Under the pieces are notes generated by a model, which had not been told where the DNA came from, did no database searches, and saw only the letters and a list, made by a program, of their open reading frames with translations. Shown one piece after another: positions 56,894-64,000 of a DNA stretch of 64,000 nucleotides. The translations under genes and the position numbers were made by a program. Source of the stretch: Paramecium tetraurelia (taxonomy: Eukaryota); contig CT868618.1 of NCBI GenBank assembly GCA_000165425.1, positions 186,001 to 250,000 of the forward strand. The letters run 5' to 3'. Positions within the stretch are counted from its first letter, which is position 1. Each line of letters starts with the position of its first letter.

Positions 56894-58888
56894 TACTAAA
56901 TTAAATTAGAAAATATTTCTCTAAAATCGCTTAGGAAGCTTTAAATCTACGACACAAGCACGTCAATGAACAATATTCCCAATACAAATCGAATCCTAAA
57001 ATTTTTAATCCAAGAAAAGGAGATAATATCCAACCTGATTAAATAAAGAAAATGAAATAAGAGGCTATGCAAGAAATTGAAAAATTCTAACAGAATTACT
57101 TATTTGATATTACTTTCAACACTAAAGGCTTGGTCAAATTGTTAGGCTAAATTAGCTATGTGTATGATAATCATGATCTAATATAATCTCCTTAATTTTA
57201 AGAAATCATCAAAAGTTCCAAAGACAATTTATATCAATTTTAAAACATAAGGGAATTAGCCTTACTATTGAATTTTTGCTTCAAGCATTAATTGGGAGAT
57301 GAAAATCTATGGTTTGCTACTTATTAGCACCTACTCAATACTTAATCTTAAATATAAGTAGAAGACTTACTGTTAATCTTTGAATCAATTAATGAGTCCA
57401 ACTTTGAATATCTAAAACCAATCTTTAAGCAATTCGAAAATGCGATCTTAGAAGAAGTACAAAGAAATAATCACAAAATTACTATCAAGGCACTCCAAAT
57501 TTATCGTAAATTTTAACCAGACAACAGCAACTTCTTCTATTCTATTAAAAAATAGATAATTGAAACACTGCCCTAAACTAATACTGATTCAGTTCTGAAT
57601 TATCTTAGGTATTATGGTTTGGGCAATGAGCCAATTGAAGATCGATAAGAGATCTTAAATGCCATTATGATTCATCTATACAAATTGCAGAAATTCTTAA
57701 ACAAGAAACAATTGCTTTAAGTCTATTATACTTATGTAAGAACATAGTTAGGATCTGAAGTATTATATCGTTTAATTGAAGATAGGGTTGCATTGTTAAT
57801 AGATGAATTTTAATTAAATGAAATTGAATAATTGTTAATTATAGCTGCTAATCAAAAGAACCAAACCATTTTTAAACATGCTGAAAGACTGCTCAAATAA
57901 AGATTGCTTGACTGCAATCCTGCTGATCTTGTATAGATTGCTGTTCTATTTATTGAAAATAATTAAGGGACCCCTGAATTTATTGATTCCCTAGAATAAC
58001 ATTTAATCTAAGCCATTTATACAACTGATGATATAACAGAATTACTTTGGGCCTTAGTCTAAAAATAGCACAATTCTAGATGGATGGAGAAAATAGCAGA
58101 TGCTTGCAAAGAGAGAGTAGCAAAATTGTCAGTTAAATAATTGACTTCAATTATATGGATGACAAGTGATTATTTTAAGAGATTAACCAATAAACAAAAG
58201 TAATCATCTAAATACATTGATTTGTATGAACTCATTGAAAAACATTTAATCTAGTATTTTGAAGAAGGAGAAGTTAAAAACAGGGATGTTGCACTTGTTA
58301 TGAATGCATATATAAGAAATATTCCAATTTCTAAGGATTTAGTAGATTTAATGGAGATTTATATTCTTAATTCTACAGAGGAAGAACTTTAGGAATTAGA
58401 TGGTTGGAGTGTCTCCCAAATCATTTGGGGATTTAGTTAAATTGAAGGTAAGTATTCATTTTAATCTTAGACTATCTGAATCTAAAGGAATTTTTAAACT
58501 TTATGGTTAAAGTAACTATTGAATGTATTGGTGAAATGAAAATTGATGAACTCTTTACAGTTTTGAGAGTTTATGTACATGAGAAATAAGAAACTGAAGA
58601 AATGATTAAAGAGGCTATTGAAAAAACCAATTTTTGGATGGATTAATTAGACCTTAATCAAGTTTATTTAGGAATTCATATTTTCACTAACACCTAATTT
58701 ACAAAGTAAATTACAATTGTTAAATTCTTAGTCTTTAAGGAATTAATGAATTAATTAAGAAACTTTTAGATAGGTTAGAGTTCTTAAAGTCCATAAAACC
58801 ATAAGTAGATCCAGATGAAGAGGAAGAAATAGACCATGATAAAGAATAAAAAGTAAGGCTTGAAGTAGAAAAATATAAATATTCTTGA
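56890..58888 (+). CDS. Predicted mitochondrial helical-repeat (HPR/OPR/FASTK-like) protein
   Basis: Presequence-like MILNQIRKYFSK; repeated helix pairs such as ELLWALVQKQH, LTSIIWMTS and VSQIIWGFSQ; one intron near 58448-58470. Confidence 0.55.
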
Positions 58889-60042
58889 TACTATTATGAG
58901 TTATATAATAAATACAAAGATGTAACTTCATCTCTTTTTTAGTAAATTGCATCAAACTGAATTTTTTTAATTATTAAATTATTGATATTTCTATATAAAA
59001 ATTAGTTTAAATATAACAATAATTCAAATACAAAAACAAAACAAGAAGACATTGAAAATTTCAGAAAGCCTTCATCATCCAAATATAATATTATTTCTAT
59101 CTTAATAATATATGAGAGACTATTTAAATAAATTTTAATTTTATAGTTTTTAATTTTTACAATAGGAAATGCATCATCTCTGTTTTATTAAAATCTATTT
59201 CACATTGACAATTGTTTATAACCAGAAGATGGCTAAATTTATATATAATTTTATACTCAAAAATATTTCCCATACTATCTGAATTATAAATTATTTTCAA
59301 TATTTTGATCATTTTACAGAGTTGCTTAGAATTTGTATATACATTTTCTTAACCTACTTTACCTAAAATAAATTATCATATTTTTTCATAGCTAGACGAT
59401 AGTTAAATTTAATATTTTATTTATTTCTTAGTATCATAATAATGTTTATACTATTTAGAATTCTCATGAAGTAGTTAGAATTTAGATTAGGAATTCAAAC
59501 TATCCAATTTGATTTTCGAATTAATTAATCCTTTCAATCATGAAGTTGTCAGAATTTTAAAAAGTTTCAAAAAATAGAGATAGAATTTAAAAAATAAATT
59601 ATAGCATAGGATTAAGATCCTATCAAGTTATTAATAGGTTATTTACTTTTTGTCATCATTAATGTTAGATGAATAGAAGCATGTTTATAAAACTGAGGAG
59701 ATATTTAGAATTTGTTAAATTTTGCGACACTGAATTTGTTAATTTTGTATATAGATATTTTATGATTTTCCAGAATATTATAATATTAGATTTCTGAGCA
59801 GAGAAATATGAATCATAAATTGAAAATATCTTTCGTTAAATTAATTATATTGATGTAATAAGCAGAGAAACAAAGTTCGATAGTATTTAAAACTTTTTTA
59901 AACTATATACAGAGAGGCGTTAAGAATGAAATTAAGAAAATGGCAGTTCAAAATATTCACTAATAATGATATTCCATCTCTAAATTAAATTCCATATGAG
60001 TTATTTTATTGATAGTTGTATTATTTTAAAAATGAATATCAT

Positions 60043-60972
60043 TCAGATGTGCAACTATATTAACATAGCAGTCATATTGTCACATCCATAACCAGTAGTA
60101 GTATCGATAGCCAAAGAAGAATCAAGCAAATTTTCAAGTATTAATGGTGGTTCCATACCCCTTTCTAGTCGTTCTCCAATGAATTACATCACTTTGTAAC
60201 TATTCATGGTTTCGAACAATCCATCACAACCGAGAAATAGGAATCTAGATATTAGCAGTTATTCTTACTTGTCTTCCTTACTCAATTTTATCTTTCTAAT
60301 TTCAGGTTCAGCAATCACCATTTGTTAATTGGCTGGCAATGGTTCTTATTTGAATTCAAAATCGCCAAAAGCACGTGAAACTGAGAGTGTTCCATTGAGA
60401 CGTCCTTCTTCATTAACAAATCCTCCTGCAAATCTGATTCTAGCCAGTTCATTACATGGAAGGTGATCTTTTGTTAACTCGATGGTTTCATCATCTCTCA
60501 TTAGAAGACAACGAGAATCGCCTAAATTAGCAACGTACAAGGTCTTCTAGACTACTAAAGCCACCACTGCTGTTGAACCTATAAATGTATCTAAAAAAAG
60601 AATATAGGATTAAAAGGATTACTTTTAGCCACATTAGTTTTGATCATTTCATCCAAATGTATGAAACAATCATGTAAAGCTTAAGTGTAATCTTCACCTA
60701 TGAATGAAGGCTGCTAAACTAGGGCTTCTAGAAAATTGTCAGCCAAGTAATTTGAAATTCCAGCACCACCGTGTCCATCAAATACAGCAAATAATGAGAT
60801 ATCTTCTCTAAAGTCTACTTTCATAATGTGAGCATCTTCCATTTAAAGTCTCCAACCTAAAATTTATTAATACACACTCACCTTGCATTGACGCAGTATG
60901 GCAGTACAGAATTGCATTAGACTACTACTCGTGCAATTTCTGGGTGATTGGTTATGACAAAAACTAACCCAT
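60043..60972 (-). CDS. Protein phosphatase 2C (PPM)
   Basis: MGQFLSQP, SMQGWRLQMEDAH, FAVFDGHGG, ANLGDSRC, SVSRAFGDFEFK, GCDGLFE, GCDNMT. Confidence 0.95.
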
Positions 60973-61541
60973 TAATTATATTATTTATGCTTTTAGTATC
61001 AATTTAATTGCATTTAGACAAGAAATTTAGAATCATTTTATAACAATATCTCATTATATTTGTATTCCTTTTATAAATTTATTATTGAATCAATAAAATT
61101 TTCAATATTTTTATTACTAAAATCAATCACCCGTCTCCCTTTGCCCTTATGGCATATAAAACAGTCATACTAACATTGTTTTATATATTAAAAATTATAA
61201 AATATTTAATAATAATAGAGTTATTCCAAATTTATTATACTAATTATAGAATTCAATTTAAATAAATTGAAGACAATGATTAATACTTAAAAATATTGAT
61301 CAGATTATTAAGAACAAAAATAAAAATAGAGAATTACAAGATTCTTGAATTGGAATAAGATAATAATATATTATTATTTAACAAATATTTTAATATAAGT
61401 AAAAAATAGACCATATTTAATATTACTGATGATGGAATAGCGATATCATCTTAAAAACTAGAAAATAATATAATATTATGAAGTTATCTTAAAATTTAAC
61501 AAAGATGTAATATAATTTATATAAAATAAAATAAATTTTAT

Positions 61542-62747
61542 ATGGGAAATGCATTAAATGATATTGGTGAAAATTACGACTTTAAATTCATTCAAAAGGT
61601 TTAACATCCACTTTTTGGTCAAATCGACATTCTTGAATGCCAAATCTAAGATTTTCCTGATATTGAACAATATATGAGAGTTATTCCAAAATTAATTAAT
61701 CAAGACTATATTGCCTTTATTAAAAGGTACATCAAATTGTAGAATCTTCATAAACATGAAATGACCTCTCCATTTCTTATATACATCTCTAACAATATAT
61801 TTGAATGCCCATCACATTCATTATTTGATGAAATCTAAGTAAAAAGACAGCAAGGAACTCAATTTGCAGAATCTGAATTATGGTACCTAGCAAAGAGCTT
61901 GATCGCTGGATACTCCATATATCTTTAAATTCCAGAACTAGTCAAATAAACACAATTAACACTACATAATATTTTTATAACCAAAAAAGGTCACATAAAA
62001 TTAAGTTTACATACATTGTTTTTAATAAATGCAACTAACTTCAAAAATCAATATATTGAAGAATCATAATATAGTCATAAGATCAGCAAGGAGATAGGGT
62101 TGGTTTTGCTTGAAGCCAGTTGTTTATCATTTGAAGATAGTATTAAAGTCATGGATATGTAATATTCTATTGAATATTCCAATTTTGTTAAGGATATGAT
62201 TGGAGATACAAAGTCATTGTAGTATTTCTAAAATTATCAAATGAGCAAGAAGATATCAAAAACAATCTATGGGGAATCATAACTAAAGAAGACAGCAACA
62301 TTACTTGCTCAATAGACTAAATCATTAAAATAATCTTAAATCATTGAGACATATCATGTTAAATCACCTGTCAAAACAGATACAAATCAATTTGATTAAG
62401 TCTCTAAAATTGCAAGCATCCCCGAGGTAAATGAATAAGATTAAAAGAAATCATAACAATTGGAATTTTTTTCTGGTAGAAAATCAACCCAACCTATCCC
62501 AAATGTCCAATCTGAAATTTATTACCATTCTAAATAATAATCATTATAGATTAATGATTAATCGCCTTAAATGATTCAACAATAACAGTTCTTCGATCAT
62601 TAAAATGTTTAATATAATCATAATTAACCTGTAATGCAATAATTAGATGTCTTAAGTGAAAAGTTCAATTAAAGATTTTGGAAAGCTATTGATTAAGCAA
62701 AGAGATAAGTCTTAATTTATGAATAAAGAAGTAAATAGATATATTGA
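61542..62747 (+). CDS. Myristoylation-motif pseudokinase-like protein with Q-rich tail
   Basis: MGNAL start; FECPSHSLFDEI, FAESELWYL and NIFITKKGHIKL give a kinase-fold signature without HRD/DFG. Confidence 0.6.
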
Positions 62748-62757
62748 TTAAATAATA

Positions 62758-64000
62758 TCATTATAATACTAATTTCAAATTATCTTTTCCTAAATAAAAA
62801 GGGCCTATAAATATAGAATTTTATTTTTAAAATCCAGATATGCAATTTTTAAATATGCATTCTTAACCATAGATGAGAATTTCATCAATAATGATTTCCG
62901 ATTTACATTAAGAAAGATTTAAGATCACACCATCTTAAAGTATTTCCAATTTGAAATCTATTAATTAAGCTTGCATAGCTTTTTCTTCATTTTCAAAATC
63001 CTCCAAATCAGCGAAAACTCCAATAGCAACCTAATTGGAAACAGCAGCTATCAGCCGATAATGATTATCCAAAGATTTCACATTATTGATTGTTTCTATT
63101 GTATTCTACAGTATCAAGTACCCACTTCGAATAAATATGGGTGTTAGATCAGTATAGGAACAAAAAAGGACGTGATCTTATTAACCTTTATAATCTAACC
63201 CCGTTGTAAGGTCATACCAATCAGATTCTGGAAAGTATGCCTTTCTAGTCATTGATTCCTCTAAAATAGGAGCCCCCATTAATTCGTTCCCAATTATGAA
63301 TTAAGTATCCATTACAAAATCTCTATATGTTAAATTATCTTCAGGGAATATAAAAAATAAGGGATTGATAACTAAATATAAAGGAATAAAATGTACTTGT
63401 GCCATGATTTTATTCTCTTATGAAAACAGAGTAAAACCATTTTAAGAGAGAATATCGAAAATGAATATTCTTTTAAGCTGTTTGAATGACTTTGTGATCA
63501 AGATTATAAAATTCTTATGATTTAGATAAATCATTATTGTGATTTCGAAAGAAAGGATAAAATATTCCTAATTAAATCCATCTTTAACAAAGCTTAAAGT
63601 TAGTATCCCCCATGAATCCACAAACATCAGCTCCAACCATGGGAATTCCATAAATTTAAAATGAAAATATCTACCCTAAGGATAAGTAGAGAAAATCCCA
63701 TGATGCTCCATTGTCTCCTGTCCAATGTTAAGCATATTATCCAGAACCTGGAAATGTTGACCTTGTAATTTAAAGTGGCTGAATCTTACCCAACTCCTTC
63801 AAGGCTTGATATGTATAATAGGAATCCATGATACCATAGAGATTATGCACATCTTTGTGTAGGTAATTTCCATAATGAAGTAGATGAGGTGGAAGTGTCT
63901 TATAGGACAATTATGTGGCTCCAGGAGTATAAGCAAAATTAATATTTTCATTCAATTTGTCAAATCTTTGTTAATGATCATGTAAATTTCTATTTAGTTA
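62758..64000 (-). CDS. Glycoside hydrolase family 31 (lysosomal alpha-glucosidase-like), 5' part beyond window
   Basis: HNLYG, TRSTFPGSGQYAQHWTGDN, YGIPMVGADVCGF, RWIQLGIFYPFFRNHN, RYSLLKWFY. Confidence 0.93.

Overview
This is AT-rich, gene-dense ciliate macronuclear-type DNA, most consistent with Paramecium (aurelia complex). Conserved proteins read through TAA/TAG as Gln (for example the ARF WDIGG-Q motif, whose Q is TAA), only TGA terminates, and genes carry tiny GT-AG introns of about 20-32 nt. The supplied standard-code ORF track therefore shows only fragments. About 33 protein genes plus several pseudogenes or relics are recognisable: two hybrid histidine kinases, a Hook-like coiled coil, a Cys-rich mini surface antigen, TRIM37, a CCCH/Q-N-rich protein, ARF, IQCH, an MBOAT acyltransferase, an acyl-CoA thioesterase, a trichocyst matrix protein, SPATA4, CDPK, FHA-RINGv, NEK, NAR1/CIAO3, a RING1-IBR/MYCBP2-RCR hybrid E3, TTLL12, DHHC, an ABHD17-like hydrolase, PPKL, a mitochondrial helical-repeat protein, PP2C, a myristoylated pseudokinase and a GH31 glucosidase. 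The most notable items are: (1) a compact E3 ligase that fuses an RBR-like RING1-IBR to a complete MYCBP2-type RING-Cys-Relay module with both relay cysteines intact; (2) a NAR1 gene with an apparent TA-junction deletion and frameshift removing the first Fe-S ligand; (3) a kelch phosphatase with degenerate metal ligands; (4) an ATGA stop/start overlap between two tandem genes; (5) a neighbouring DHHC writer and ABHD17-like eraser. Coordinates were read by eye and span introns; ends of hypothetical genes are approximate. Family assignments rest on remembered motifs, not database searches.
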